Assembly: GCA_012295275.1 (NCBI GenBank)
Contig: CM022665.1
Coordinates: 38,688,001-38,752,000, forward strand
Reading direction: 5' to 3'
Length of the DNA stretch: 64,000 bases
From: Chrysomallon squamiferum
Lineage: Eukaryota; Animalia; Mollusca
Part shown: piece by piece, positions 29,185 through 44,425 of the stretch
How the letters are laid out: every line of letters starts with the position of its first letter
Numbering within the stretch: the stretch's first letter is position 1
Notes under the pieces: generated by a model
Seen by the model: the letters and a program-made list of their open reading frames with translations, nothing else
Database searches by the model: none
What the model was told of the DNA's origin: nothing
Made by a program: the position numbers and the translations under genes

Positions 29185-30001
29185 CTTTCTTTCTTTCATT
29201 TAAACATTTATGCAACAATATGCGCATCATGGCCGTCTATATTTCAACGGTCGCCATAAAACTCGTTTTGCTAATATTTGATTATTAGTGTCAGTTGCAG
29301 TGAAAGCTGTCATGAGTTATTCATATAATATTAGTTATGGATCCATAAAGTAGATTATGGACTCTGTGAGTGTCGTTTATTTGCGGGTTTAAGCATACTG
29401 ACCTGCTCAGGATAGGGTTTAATATGAGTCAGAAGTCCTGTGGCTCGATATTTTCACATATTGTTACAGATTGAAAATATCTGACACGAGGCAAGATACT
29501 TTTAGTAACTTGAAATATGATGCTGTGCTCGAATATAAAATTAATAATTTGATGACAGATAGAAGGACGTATTTATTATTGTTAGCGTGATAGAGAGAGA
29601 ATGAAAGGACAAATGCAAGCGTGGAGAAATGTGAAGTTAGTAATAGAGAAAGACAGAGAGAGAGAAAAAAAGAAGAGAGAAAATGAGATAGAAAGGAAAA
29701 AGGAGAAGAAATTGGAAGATAGGGAAAAATCGCAGAAAAAAAGAGAAATAGAAAAAAAAATAACAAAGAGAGAGAAAGAACAAAATGAAGTCAAGGAAAT
29801 ATAGAAAGACAGAGAGAATGAGATGAGAGAGAGAAAAAAGAAAAAGAAAAAACAGAGAGTGTGAGAGAATCAGGAAGAAAAAAGACAAATCTTACATCAT
29901 TAATTATAATTATGTCGAATAAATAAATAAGTAGAACGTATTGTTTTGAATAATAAACATTTACAATGAACTAGTATTTTAACTACACACACACACACAC
30001 A

Positions 30002-30050
<49 letters not shown>

Positions 30051-30234
30051 TTATCTTAAGATCAATGAACTATATACATATCCTCTTTGTGAAATTCAAC
30101 AATAAGCGATAAAATCCAGGTGGTTCTTCTCCTTGAAATATGTGTCAAGTTCATTCTCTGTACGATACTGTAGTTGATTATCTAGCGTTCTTCGTGTCAC
30201 GTTTTACAAATACGTATTTCTTTTATTTACACAC

Positions 30235-30266
30235 GGGGAATTTCCCACCTGTTGTCATCTGATTGG
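30235..30266. promoter_or_regulatory. NF-kB site and inverted CCAAT upstream of the kelch gene
   Basis: GGGGAATTTCCC 30235-30246; ATTGG 30262-30266. Confidence 0.45.
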
Positions 30267-30436
30267 CTTAAACAGGCAACAGCTTCCACGGCGTCATTTA
30301 GTGCACCTATGGAATTACAGAAGTGTATTTTTAGGTAGTAAACATCATATTGCGGAAGAATTTTTTTTTTATTTTTATTTATTTATTTATTTATTTATTT
30401 GTTTGTTTGTTTATTGACCTAACACACACACACACA

Positions 30437-31110
30437 AGTGAAGTAGGTAAAGATACACAAGATATAATTATGTCTATGATGATGTGGAACTGATACTGCT
30501 GTTTGTTGTAACAAAAATTAATGTATCAATGACAGTTCAACTGAACTTTAAGTCTTATTCGTTACAGATTTTATTATTATAAATACGTGTCTGTGTGATT
30601 TATATTTTATTTATTAGTTTATTTATTTGATTTTTAAATCTACAGTTATTTTCAAATTTAAATATATTTAAATATAATGAGGTTGATGATGATGATAATA
30701 ATAATAATAATGCATATATACATACATACACACATACATATATACATTCATACATACATACTTACATAAATAAATAAATAAATAAATAACAGAATTTATA
30801 ATAATAAAAGTTAGTGTCGTTGTCTGTGTTGGTGTTGTTGTTGTTATTATTATTGCTTCCTCATCTACTTCCACTACTACTACTATTACTACTAGTATAA
30901 AAAAAAAATCGTCGCATTAGTAACATCAGTAGTTGTCGTTGAAGTAGTAGCAGCAGTGAAGTAGGTAAAGTAGGTAAATAGAGTAATGATGAGGTTGATA
31001 ATTATAATGATGACTATGATGATGTGACTGATGCTGCTATTTGTTGTAACAAAAATTGATGCATTTCAGTCCAGTTGAATTTTAAGTATTATTTATCAGA
31101 CATTTTCATC
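30437..31110. repeat. Diverged local duplication (copies near 30437-30575 and 30957-31110)
   Basis: gtgaagtaggtaaag...ctatgatgatgtg..ctgat.ctgct.tttgttgtaacaaaaatt.atg.at...ttaagt.ttatt occurs twice. Confidence 0.8.
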
Positions 31111-31368
31111 ATTTACAATTTTTCGTTTCTAACATTTTTGTTGTTGTTGTTGTTGTTGTTGTTGTTTTTGTTGTTTTTTTGTTATTGTTGTTACTGTTGT
31201 TGTTTTCAATTGATTTGTTTCTTCAGTTTTTCCGTTTATCTCTTTTCAGATAAATCACTGAAGCGTCGGAATATGGGCCTCAGTTAACGATCATAACAAC
31301 ATAGATAAAAAAACAAAACATTAGCATCTTTCATACGTCCCAAATTACGTGTTTTCTAAAAAAAAAAA

Positions 31369-31735
31369 ATGACAACAGAACTCGAACCCATGGCCTCGAA
31401 AACGGTCTTCTGTGATTTTGTGTTGCTATTCGACACCGGCTCTGGAAGCAGAAACGTTTCGTACTTCATGGTGGACCCTTGCAACCCTTCTCGTATTTTC
31501 CCAAAGATGAACACGGCCCTTGTCAAGGTCGTTAAGGACCTAAGCGGTTACAAGAGCGTTGTCAAGGACAACGTCCTGTACATCATCGGAGGCAAAGACT
31601 GGAATACTGGCTTCCACGTGGCCGCAGTGTGGCGATACGATCCCTTGACCAGTGAGTGGACAGAGGCGTCGTCCATGGCAACAGCGAGGTGTCGCTTCTC
31701 TGCTGGAGTTATCGGTGATGATATTTATGTTGTTG
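31369..31735 (+). CDS. Kelch-repeat protein, coding exon 1
   Basis: VLYIIGGKD...WRYDPLTSEW...MATARCRFSAGVIGDDIYVVG kelch motifs; donor G|GTAAG at 31736; upstream acceptor cttttcag at 31249 implies a spliced 5' UTR. Confidence 0.9.
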
Positions 31736-31994
31736 GTAAGACTGCTGTGATTTTTGGTTCTGTTATAAAATAATGACTTTTTGAAGATAAGTATTATAAT
31801 GAACTTTGTGAAGATAAGTATTATAATGAACTTTTTTTTTTTATAGTTCTATTCAGTAAACAAGTCTATTCTTAATTATTAATGTCAGAAGTCACATAGG
31901 ATTCATGAAAATCTATTTAAGCCACAGACTTGGTATCTTGTTCTATTTGACCATTTTCTTAAAGAATAAATCCTGCAATAGGACGTTCAAAAAA

Positions 31995-32036
<42 letters not shown>

Positions 32037-32188
32037 AATTATAATAATAATTCATTCAAGCTTCAGATCTAGAATTAGAGTTAATAACTATTAATCTGTA
32101 GAAGTCTGAAATCTAGAAGCAGATACTGAAAATCGACTAAAGACAACCTAAAATAATTCTTATCCAATACTTTTAAGCCATAAATAAA

Positions 32189-32239
<51 letters not shown>

Positions 32240-33484
32240 TGGAGAAGAAAAATGTTACTACATTATAAAATAAAATAATAATAATTTTTTGTTTTTTTTT
32301 GTTTTTTAAATATTATAATAAAATAAGGAGAAAAATAAAAATATAAATGAAAAAAATATATATATAAAAAGTCAAAGAAAATTAAAATATAAACATAAAT
32401 CGACAGCTATCGCATCTCGACTTTTATTCTTGCGTTATGAAACACAAACCCGGAAATCAATTAACAGTAATGTCACGTGACTTCTAAGTGCCTGAATCAT
32501 ATGCTGGAAGTTAGCTGCTTGGTAATTTGCGAGATCTCAATGGAACAAATTTTTCCACTTTAATTTCCTTCGGGATGCAGGCTTTGCAGGAATGCACTGG
32601 GGCAGAAGACATAGCGATATGCTTCATTACCCCGTGAAAGAATATTTGTTAAAAGAAAGCTTTCCTTTTCGTTTTTTCTTAACATTTCGTTGAGTGAAAT
32701 ATTGTCCGCTGCTTGTAAGGTTATGACGATGAAACATCAGTCACTGATTACAATAAGTCCATATAAACTGAGTCATTTTCTGTGTTCGTTCACACGTGGC
32801 TGGTGACATGAATACTTAATAGAAACTAGATAAACTTTACAAAGAGAGAGTGAGAGAGAAAAAGAAAAAGGCACTGCAGATCAAGAATTAAAATATTATA
32901 TAGAATACATTATATAAAGATTTTTTATAAATATATATATACACTAACACAGGGGATCTCACGGGCACATATACGCAATCCCCCCTACCATACACACACA
33001 TACGATCGTCACCAGCTTTAATTCAGTGATGCCTTTGTGTGATTTTTTTTTTTTGATTTCTTCTCATTCTTAATTTTTATTTTATTTAATTTATATATCA
33101 TTTATCGTAACAAAAATAATTTAATATAATAAACAAAATATTTAATGCTGGCGAGAGAGAGAGAGAGAGAGAGAGAGGCAAAATTAACAGAAACATTTTT
33201 TTCATTTTTATTTCTTCTTCTTCTTCTTCTTCTTCTTCTTCTTCTTTCTTCTTCTTCTTATTATTATTATTATTACCATCATCATCTTCATAGGATAATA
33301 ATTATTAATTTACTTTTTGTATTTATTTATTTATTTATTTATTCGTTCATTCATTTATTATACTTGAGGAAGAATAAATACCCAAACATTTTAAAATAAT
33401 TAAAACAAAAAAAAAAAAAACAGAATTTATCACGCTTGTTTACTGATTACAAACAGTTTATATTCAGTTTTTATTTTATTTCAG

Positions 33485-33671
33485 GAGGTGAGATTGCCAA
33501 GGGGCGCATCACAGACTCGGTTGAGCAGTACAACACCAAGACAGACACATGGACGGAAGTTACCTTTCTGCCCCGGCCCCGGGCTGACCACGCCTGCTGT
33601 GTCCTGGGGGACAAACTCTACGTGTCTGGAGGGATAAGTAATTTGAAGCATCAGTGTTCTGACGTCTTCTG
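33485..33671 (+). CDS. Kelch-repeat protein, coding exon 2
   Basis: tttcag|GA GGT GAG..; GGEIAKGRITDSVEQYNTKTDTW...RADHACCVLGDKLYVSGG; donor TG|GTGAGT; phases consistent with exon 1. Confidence 0.92.
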
Positions 33672-34365
33672 GTGAGTTAATCTGTAGACGTTTGTATTAG
33701 TCCCAAAACTGCTCGAGGCAGATTAGACTCAGATAAAAATGAATAGTATGATTAATGAAAGAAAAAATAATGAATGTATAGAGCTTATAAGGAATTAATA
33801 ATAATTAATTATACTGTACGTTTTAATATAAATATATATATATATATATATAAACGAAACAAAAAAAAACTGAAATAAATTTTTAAAAAGAAAGAAAGAA
33901 AAAAAATATTTTGATAAATAGTTTCTTTTCTTTTCTTAAGAAAATCTCTCTAGATATATATTTGTGGACACAAATCTTATCTGAAAAGTAACTTAATTTC
34001 TGGATGATTTAATTCTCTGAATTAACGAAATCATATACAAACAAATAAAATAATAAACAAACAAACAAACAAATAATTAAATAAAGAAATAAAGAAGAAA
34101 AAAACTCAATTACAGCAGAGTCAGAAATCGCACACGAAAATGAAGAATAATTTGTAACATGCATGCTAAATTAAATTTTTTATCAGCTTGCTAATAATCA
34201 GCTCCATTAGCAATTCAACGATTTTAATAATTTTGTCATTTCACGCTGGCTTTTCTGTTGAGCCATAAATAATAATATTTGTCCAGTTCAAATTTCCATA
34301 TGATTTACAGACGTTATTTGTCTCATCCTGATCCTGGTTTTATTGCTACAACCGATGTTGATTTT

Positions 34366-34396
<31 letters not shown>

Positions 34397-34468
34397 TTTA
34401 TTTATTTATTTAAATATTATTATTATTATTATTATTATTATTTATTTATTATTATTTATTTATTTATT

Positions 34469-34512
<44 letters not shown>

Positions 34513-36432
34513 TTTTAATTTTGTTGTTGTTGTTTTGTTTTGGAAGTATTGTAATTATTATTTTTATTTTTATTTTATTTTAATTTTGTTGTTGTTGTTT
34601 TGTTTTGAAAGTGTTGTAATTATTATTTTAGTTTTTATTTTATTTTTATTTTGTTGTTGTTGTCGTTTTGTTTTGGAAGTGTTGTAATTATTATTATTGT
34701 GGTGTTGTTGTTGTTGTCACTTCTACGGGCATATATAAACCTACTATTACTGTTTCTGTAACTTCTACTAGCAGTTCTGTTATCAGTATATTTTCTTCTT
34801 CTTCTTCTTCTTATCATTATTATTATTATTGTTATCTTCTTGTTGTTGGTGGTGGTGATGGCGATAGTAGTAGTAGTGGTAGTAGCAGTAGCAGCAGCAG
34901 AAGTAGCTGCAGAAACAGAAGAAGCAGCAGTAACAGCTGTTGTAATATAGAGGCAACAGATTTTTCGAATTCGTCAATGTTTACTAACTTGTATGTACAA
35001 ACACTAAAAAAAAAAAAAAAAAAAAAAAATTATCTGAGGCGACATTTATTCCTTCCTTCCCCCATCTCTCTTTCTTTCTTTCTCCATCATTCCCTCTCTC
35101 TTTCTCCATCACTCTCTCTCAGTTTCTGTTTGAGACTCTCTCTCTTCTCCCCCTACCGCTCTCTCTCTCCACGCCCTTTCTGTCTACGAACGTCTAGCTA
35201 CGTCTTCCACCGTCTTCTTCTGTTTTAATGCCAGCGGAGAATGACTAGAGATTTAGTCTCTACTTAACTGGCTATGAACGTGAGAAAATCCTTTGAGCCG
35301 GTTAAAATCACGATGACTCATTTCCAAAATTATAGAATGACAGTTGGATGAATTTTGAAAAAAAAAAAAAGAAAAAAAAAAAGAAGGAGAAAAAAAAAGA
35401 AGAAAAAAAGTCACTTTCTTTTTCCCATTTTTTCATTTTATTCTCCCCCCTCCTCCGTTTAAGATTGATTAGTACAAATCGAAATAGATGGGGGGGGAGA
35501 AAAAAAAAAAAGAAGAAACTATAGCTCGAGGACTTCACTTTTGTATAGGTGCTATTTTGTTGCTTGCACGTTGGTTTAATTTACCTGAAATGTCGTCTGA
35601 CTCATAGTGTTATTATGTTTAGATGATTAAAAAAGAAAATTCTTTCACATCTAACATTCCAATAGTCAGGGATTCTGAAGAAGTGTTGTATGGTATCGTT
35701 TTATTATTAAATATTTTGTTAGGTTTTCTTTCTTTTTCTTTTTTTTTTGTTTTTCTTTTATTTTCTTTTTCTTTTTTCCCTTTCTCTTTTTGAGATAAAA
35801 AACCCAAACTGTACTGTTATTTTAATGGTCTAAATATTATCTATCTATCTATCTATTATCTACCTATTTTTATTTATTTATCTATTTATTAATTTTTCTT
35901 ACTTTCTTTCTTTACTTCTTTCATTTTTTTTTTTTTTTTTTTTTTTTTTATTTAGTGAATAAATAAAACTTTTTATATATTTGTTTTAATTATTATATTA
36001 AATTCTGTTGGCAAGTCAAATACTTTATCATCATTATCATCATCATTTAACAATAAATAATTATTCAAAAAAATATATATAAATTATAAATTTGCAAACA
36101 AACAAATTTACAAACAAACAAACAAACAAACAAATAAACCAATAAATAAATAAATAAATAAAAATCGAAATATACATTATTTTTTTGATGACTCACTAAA
36201 ACATGACCCTGTTTCCGGCTGAAAAATTCTTTGAAATGTACAACAGAGCGGATTTTGTTCTAATATTTCCAAAAAAAAAATAGGTCATATTTTAATCTAC
36301 GCAAAAAGTTAGGAAGTAAGTATGACTGATTTCATTTAAGCTCTTTCTTTTATACTAATTTTTTTTTTTTAAAGAAAGTCTGAAAGAAAGATAGATCTAA
36401 ACACATACACACACGTTTCTAAATCTTATATA

Positions 36433-36468
<36 letters not shown>

Positions 36469-37887
36469 TGTATGCATGAGTGAGAAAGAGATAGCTTTGT
36501 TCAGTGGAAAGAGGACTAATAATGGATGGATAAATAAGTCAAACAAATCAAAGAACAACAGAAAGATCACTAAATAACTATACATACAGACATACAGACA
36601 GTTAGATGACGAATAGACCAAAAGAAAGTCCGTAAAAATCTGAAGAAAAAGGAAGACACTTACAAAAAGAAAAACCACATACAAAAAATCTGAAGAAAAA
36701 AAAAAAAAAAAAAAGAACGAACATGGTGAAAGCAAACATATGTAGACAGGTCACGAAAAATAATTAGAAACCAGACTTATTTTTATTCCTTAAGCTGCCA
36801 AAAGACGGTCACCGCTACACTTGTTATTAATTTTCAACGTTAATCACGTCCTTTCTTTCTTTTTTTTCTTTTTTTTTTTTTTTCAACGTTCGGAAGGGCG
36901 TCAGCCCCAAAGGAAAGAAAAAGAGAGAGAGAAAAAAAAATGACTGTTGTGTGATGACTGGTCTTCGGGGAGCGATTAGCCCACTATCGATGTGACTCAC
37001 TCCCTCTTACCATACCCTCCCTTAGCCGTTCTGGGCCAAAGCACCACTAATCGCAGACACTAGAGTTTACGTCTAAAACAATAAATTGTTAGCATTGTCT
37101 CCAGCGCTTCGAAAAAACAAAAAACAATACTTCTTTCTTCTTTTCTTCCGTTAGCAAAATGTTTTAATGAACAGCGTAACATTTGGTGGAAATTTGGTAA
37201 ACGATAATTGCAAACGAACATGTGTTGGGATTCGGAAAAAAAAAAAAAAACAATTTGCTGACGTATCCAGTTTCAGATTTTTTTTTTTTTTTTTTTTTTC
37301 TGAACGAGCCTATTTTGTGTAAATAATTTATTCAGACTAAATATTAGCTTTAACAACAAAAAAAAAAAAATGCTTAAAAAACATTTATCAGTTGTTGTGC
37401 TTGTTTAAAGAAAGCAAATGTGGCACCAGCTGTGTAAAGCTAAAGGTAGAGCTTAAAGGGGACAGATCGCTTAATAATTTTGAAGGAGAGGGTTTCGGTT
37501 GCGTTTTTTTTTTTTTTTCTCTCTCATTTTTTGTCTTTCTACTGATGATAAGATGTATGAAATTATTTATTTACTTATTTATATATTTTTATATATATAT
37601 ATTTTTTTTTTTTATTAAATTTATATTTCATTTTATTATTTTTTTTAAATACTGATTTCTTATTTTTTTTTTTTTTTTTTTTTTTATAAATTCAGATAAA
37701 ACAATGCCATACAGTTTTAATAGATTTGTTAATAGATTGTTTTAAAATAGAGTTATAGCCAAATTGTATTTACTATATAAGAAAATAATCTAATTTCAAC
37801 TTTAACCATAGTGCGTAACTGAATAAAAAGGTAAAATAAAATAATAAATAATAAATAATTAAATAAACAACGATAATAAAAATAGTA

Positions 37888-37935
<48 letters not shown>

Positions 37936-38195
37936 TTTCTTTCAACAATAAAAAAATATTGTTCATTGCTTGATACTGTAATTTATTCAGTTTCATTTGA
38001 TTTATCTGTCTTTCATTCAGTTCTCTCTTTTTGTTTTCTTTTGTTTTGTAAACCTTTCTTGTCTTAGTTATTATTTGTTTTGATTATTACATTTTACTGA
38101 TATAAATGTAATATATCTATTTTTATATTTATCCATATATATTATGTTTGTTTAGAGGTTTATTTTATTTTGTTTTCGATGTTTGTTGTTTGTTG

Positions 38196-38228
<33 letters not shown>

Positions 38229-38352
38229 ATATATTTACTCTCTCTTTCTTTCTTTTAATTTTTTTTTCTTTTAAAACTAACGAAAAGAGAAAATTCAGGA
38301 GCTTTACTCGAATGTTTGAGATTTGTATCAGCAAGCCATATGGATGATAATC

Positions 38353-38389
<37 letters not shown>

Positions 38390-39506
38390 GTTTAATTTTG
38401 TTTTCTTTCAAAAATTAATTACTTTGACACATTCTTCACTGCCGTCATTAATATTTCAATAAACAAAAACTTGACAGATTCCACATTTTCTCGGAAATCT
38501 CGGACATGACATCGGGGAACCTGGAATTACAGGAAATAACTAACTGGCCCAGCATTTCGCGTCAACTTAAATAACGCCACTTTTTAATAAGGGAAAAAAT
38601 ATATCCGCCTTGTCTGATCGTAAATCCACAAAATTCATAAACCAACGACTTCGTCCACGCGACCGAATCCCTTTAATACTCGCTGATTCAAAGAATATTT
38701 GAATTACAATTCTTGCCTTTTGGTCTTTTATGGACGCAAATGGACTGCATCGCCACGAAGACCGAGAACTAACGACAGGGCTTGACCTCAGGTCAGCCTA
38801 TTGGTTGGCGTGTGAGTCACAATATTAATAATTTGTTTCAATGAACGGACAATGTAAATTAAGTCAAGGCCCCACTGAAGTGCATAGTTCTCTATACAAA
38901 AGTTCTCAATCAGCGTGTGCAGTATGAACTGGTGGTTTTCTTCGGACCTCAATAAAAAGAAATTCTTTGTTGTTTTCCTCCTTTACAAGAACCGCTCTAA
39001 ACAGATTTATTGAGAGAGTCTGACAAGACGTTAAGTTAATTTTCTAAATTCGATAGAGAGGAACTTGAACAAGTTGCCCGTGTCAGTTTGGTTTCACGAT
39101 TATTAGCAAGTTCGTACAGTAATGAATATATCATTATACATGTCTGATCGTGTATATATATATATATAGGGTGTATTTATTTTTATGTATGTATGTATGT
39201 ATATATCCATGTAGCTATATAATTATATATAGGTAGGTAGGTAGGTAGGTAGGTATATATTAGTCAGTATGTGAGTATATTGCTGTGTTTTTCTATATGT
39301 TTGTGTTTTTAATCAGATTATCTATTTTTCATCTATCTATCTTTCTACTCAACCATTAATATAACCTCACATTGGTTCTTAGTCCTTCATCTGCCTGCCC
39401 AAATTTTCCTACACATTCTTTTTTCTTATTTTCCTTTTTCGCTTTATTTGTTTTACTTACACAGTCCATATTTGTCTCTCACAATCTTCCAGCCTCTGAC
39501 TGTGTA

Positions 39507-39659
<153 letters not shown>

Positions 39660-41544
39660 AAATCTCCAAATCTCTTTGTCTCGTGTATGTGCTAACTCGA
39701 TGAACCATTCCAGAATATTTCGTGTGTGACACACTAACTACATGTGTATTACTCTCTTCCTCGGTTTCCTGCGGTTTTGAATAAAGAATGTTCAAACTGC
39801 TAGTCACACTGGTGAGTCACAGGACAACACATGTGGACTAACCATTTGAATAATTCCATTTGGAACCATGTTTGTCTGTTTTTAATATTTTAACTTCATA
39901 ATTACTGCATTTGGTTACAGATAGAAAGGAACTGTGGGATAACGTTGGGATGGGAAAATATTTTTAAAATGACGACTGTACTTTTTCTAAAATTTAAACA
40001 TTCCAGTATTTACAATGAAATTGTAGAAATTTTAATTTTGTTGGTAGGTTGTTAAAACTTTTTTTTTGTTGTTAAAAACAGTTTTGTATTCGTTTATTTT
40101 TATATATAAAGGTGTGAAAATAAGAACCTAATGCAAAACTTGCTAATGTAAATAGTTACACAGTTATATGAACTAATGCGTGCAAATCAGTAAATCCACA
40201 CTCTTAGGCGAACACGTATACACAGATAAAATGACCTGAATGTAAATTATACATTTAAAATATTAATATGTTCTAAAGTTCAGATTCAAACAATTATAAG
40301 TCTTTATAAGCACACTGATGTGTTACTGTTAATTTTCCTGATGTATTCTGAACAAAAATATTTATGTATCATGCATCGGACGTGAATCACTGGAACAAAA
40401 AAACCAAAAAAAAAAAAAAGGTTATTTTCTGAATCAGAATTTACGAGCAGTGGCGATTTTCGGGACTTTATGACATCACTTAATAGCAACAATGAAAACT
40501 GCCCTTCAGAACAAAGTGAAAACAAATTCAGTACTCCGTGATCCCTAAATTGTTTTGTTCGGTATATTTTTAATACGCTGAAGTAATAGATTTTTATTAT
40601 TGTCGCATGTGTTTTCGTTATTGTTTCGTGTTCTTCTGATGAGATGACAGATGATGCGTGCTTTTTTTTTTTGAATAACTATTTTTTAATGAGAGATTGA
40701 CCCCGATCGCTGATAACAGAACAATTTGATTCTTGTGAATCGCACTGCCCCAGGGGTGAGGCACCCAGGGAGCCTCCCAATCCGACCAGCTGGTAAACAC
40801 AGCCTGAACATTTGAGAAAAAAAGAAAGAAGAGGAATTGGCTTCCCCGCAAACAGAACCCCTCGCCGAAACGATGAGATAGTAATTGAATTCAAACATTA
40901 AACTGGAACCGAGCCGAGATTGGTTGTCAGTGCAAACTTTGATAGAATGGAAAACATTAATAGCCTTGGAGAAACGTCTCCTCTTTGACAAACTCCCCAT
41001 TTAAATGAGACAACAGGGGACGTGAGCAAAATCATTAAAACTCATGTTCAAAGAATGATGTGATCGCTGCGTTACGAATAAATCGGTTTCTTTATCGTCG
41101 TGCTGTTTTTCGCTGTCTGACTGTCTGTCTGTTCGTCAGTATGTTTTACTGTGTTTCTTTCTTTCTAACTTTCTGTCTTTTTTTCGTTTTTGCTTACTAA
41201 CTTTCTATTTATTTTTCTTCGTTTCTCTCTGTCAAAACACACACACACACACACATACATACACATATATATATGAATGTATGTTATGTCTCTTAATTTA
41301 AAAACACATCCTATGTATCTACTCACCCACTTACCCACTTATCCACTCATCCATCCATCCATCCACAAACCCATCTACTTTTCTTTCTAATCTTCCATCT
41401 CTTCGTCAACGGAAATAAAAAAATATAAAAATAACTAATATCAAAAACAAAAACTAATCTATTTTTGAATTAAATAATAGAAAAGGTTAGACGATTTAAA
41501 ACAAATTATGAAAATCATATATCACACGGACAAACCACACACAC

Positions 41545-41577
<33 letters not shown>

Positions 41578-44408
41578 TATTTTACGTATATATTTAAATA
41601 TATATATTTCCTCGTTGTTTGAAACAACTAACAGGAAACGATCCCAGTTCCTTAAACACTGCATATCGGAGAACGGTAGCACTAGGTTTCCGAGGCAGCG
41701 CCATGTTCTACGTTGTTGTCAGCATACTTGACATACTTGACACGTCGCAATGTCGCAGTAAGACGGCAGAACGCAGCAGCGTAGTCGCCTTGTTGTTGTT
41801 TTCCCACATTTCCTTACATTGCTTTCGTATGCGTCACTTCTGTTCCACTCGACAATGAAAACAAGTGAAACGACAGGCTAATAAACAGCATTGTTAATAA
41901 CGGCTGCGAGATTATTTCCTCGTTTTGGTATGTTATTAATTTACTTACGGAAAAAAAAAAAGATAAAAATAAAAATAAATTAAAAAATGAGTAAGAAAAG
42001 AATGATTATAAATTTAAAAAAAGGAAAGTTATATTAACGGTAAAAGGAAAAATTAATACGTTAACTGTAAATGTTACAGTTAATTTCTCATACCAGCTGG
42101 CAAATTAATAAAAAGTGATGTTGATAACGTTTGTTAATAATGTCAGTAAACTTTGAAATTTATATTTAGTTGTGTGAAAATGAAAGAGAAAAAGAAAAAA
42201 AGACGTTTTTAATAATAGTAATTTACAAGAAAGATTTTTAGTAACAGTGAAAATGACGGTAAACATTAAGATAACTCTAAAAATGTATTAAGGCGATGAG
42301 TGATTGCTGTTTATTTCGCGTTATCACGTAACGATTCTTGAAATAATGCCTAAAGACATGATCTCCCATTTTAAAAAAAGAAAAAAAAAGAAAAAAGGAA
42401 AAATTTCACAAGTAGCCTGTTTATGGGTTGTTTATTGTTTTTTGTTTTGTTTTGTCGTTCTTTTTATAGTCTGTTTTAATAGCTAATATTTTTTTTTTTT
42501 TTCTTTGTTAATTTCTTTATTTCTTGTTTATTTTGTTCTCTTTCTCCTTCTTATATGGTAGTAATGATACAGTAGTAGCTATAGCAGAGACAATATCAAT
42601 ACAAATGATAGTACAGTCATTGCAACAGTCGTAGTAGTTCAAATAGTATTATAATAATAACATTAGTAGTAATAGTACGACAAGTAGTATAGTAAAACAA
42701 TAGTAACTGTTACATAAATAGGATAAACTATGATATCACAGCTGGAGCAGGAAAAGGACATATTCAGAAACGTTAACCAGTCAACTTGTCCGTATTTGCT
42801 AACTGACTCGTTTAGTTAATTTGTTAGATTTTCTTACTGTTTTGTTCCAGCTTCTTTATTTTCTCTTTTTTCCTTTTTCTATTACATTTTGACTGCGGGG
42901 TGAGATGGGGTGGGGTGGGTATGTTTTTTTTAATTTTATATTTTTCTTGATTTCCTTTTCTTCTTTTTACTTTTTATTTTATATTTATTTGTTTATTTAT
43001 TATTATTATTATCATTATTGTTATTATTATTATTATTCTTTTCTTTTTTTTATTTTATTTTTTTTTTCATATTTCATTTCATACTTCTTTCTACCTTATT
43101 CAGCTTCTTTTTTTTCTTCATCTTCTCTTCCCGTTATCTCCTTTTTCTTCTTCTTCTTCTACGTCTTCTTCCTTTTCACCTCCTTCTTCTTCTTTCTTCT
43201 TCATGTCTTCTTCAAACCTTCCAAATCCTTTTCTTCCTTTTTTTTTTTTTTTTTTTTTTTATCTTGGAAACAAATTTCCATTTATCTCTGTATATTCAAA
43301 TCTTGCATCTTCCTTCCGCCGCAGTTGTAACTTAAAAGTTCTACTATGCCCCGGAGGACTGTGTTGAAAGGAAAAGGAAAAACATCTTTAGCCAGAATTT
43401 TATCTTGTCATGTGGACAAATTATCGTTTAAGCTAAATGGATTCCTCACTAAGGGTCTTGCAACGTTCCTGTATCTGAAAGATAAGGCTAATCAAGACAT
43501 GCCCGTGCAATCAACGACGATTGAAAAGCACTTTGGGATCGATTTTCTCCCGCGAGGTCGATGGCCCCAGGAACAGTCTTGCAATACTGACTAACGAACG
43601 TCTGTGATGACATATTCAGTAACTGGAGGATATATTGAAGACTCTGCTGTTTTTCCACAGAGACACCTGTAGAGAAAATTCCAAGGTTTGGGTTTGAGTC
43701 AGTGTAAATAAAGTTTGTCCATTTTCAGCAGAAAGTTCCGTTGTACTGTGAAAAGATGTCTTTGTCCGCGATTGCTCGAAGTAAATAAATCACATTCTTT
43801 GTAAATATTTTATTTTGAGCGAGTTGGAGCCAAGACAGATATCTCGATGAAATCGTTTTATTCTGGTATATCATGGTATCGTGGTGACTTGACAGCTGCA
43901 TGTGAAACGAGAATCGAAGGACCGTTTGAACGATATTTCTTTACATTTTGAATGAGTGATACTAGATGTTTAATACGGTGTTACATACTACTATGATGGT
44001 ATCAATGATTGAATGTTCTTTAACGATACACTATCACAGTTATGTAAATACTAGCTTTCTCTTACATTTTTGTTGTTCAGTGATGAGAGAAGAAACCAAC
44101 TCCCATATCTCCATGTAGCAAAGCATCTTTTATTATGCACCTTCTCTTAAACTTGAAAATATTGAAGCTGGGCTTTGTGATAAACTAACTGTAGGACCTG
44201 GATGCATCCAAGAGATTTGATCTTGCGTCCTAACGTGGGCCAATAAAACTATACTAGACGAAACAAGACAGAAATATTGATATTTAAGTTTCAAAGATTC
44301 ATTTAAATGCTTATTTATTTATTTATTTATTTATGTATTTGTTTGTTTGTTTGTTTGTTTGTTTGTTTTTATATTTATTTATTTATTTATGTATTTATTT
44401 ATTTTCAG

Positions 44409-44425
44409 GTTATATGACCCTGGCA
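44409..44425 (+). CDS. Kelch-repeat protein, exon 3a (17-nt piece, (W)LYDPG)
   Basis: ttttcag|G TTA TAT GAC CCT GGC A completes TG+G=Trp and gives the kelch WxYDP motif; followed by GTAAAA; read-through stops at TGA 44461-44463. Confidence 0.7.

Noticed and set aside
44085-44240. Possible SINE body fragment (gcaaagcatcttttattatgcacc)
   Set aside because: Only a vague resemblance to remembered repeats; no second copy, target-site duplication or Pol III boxes visible.
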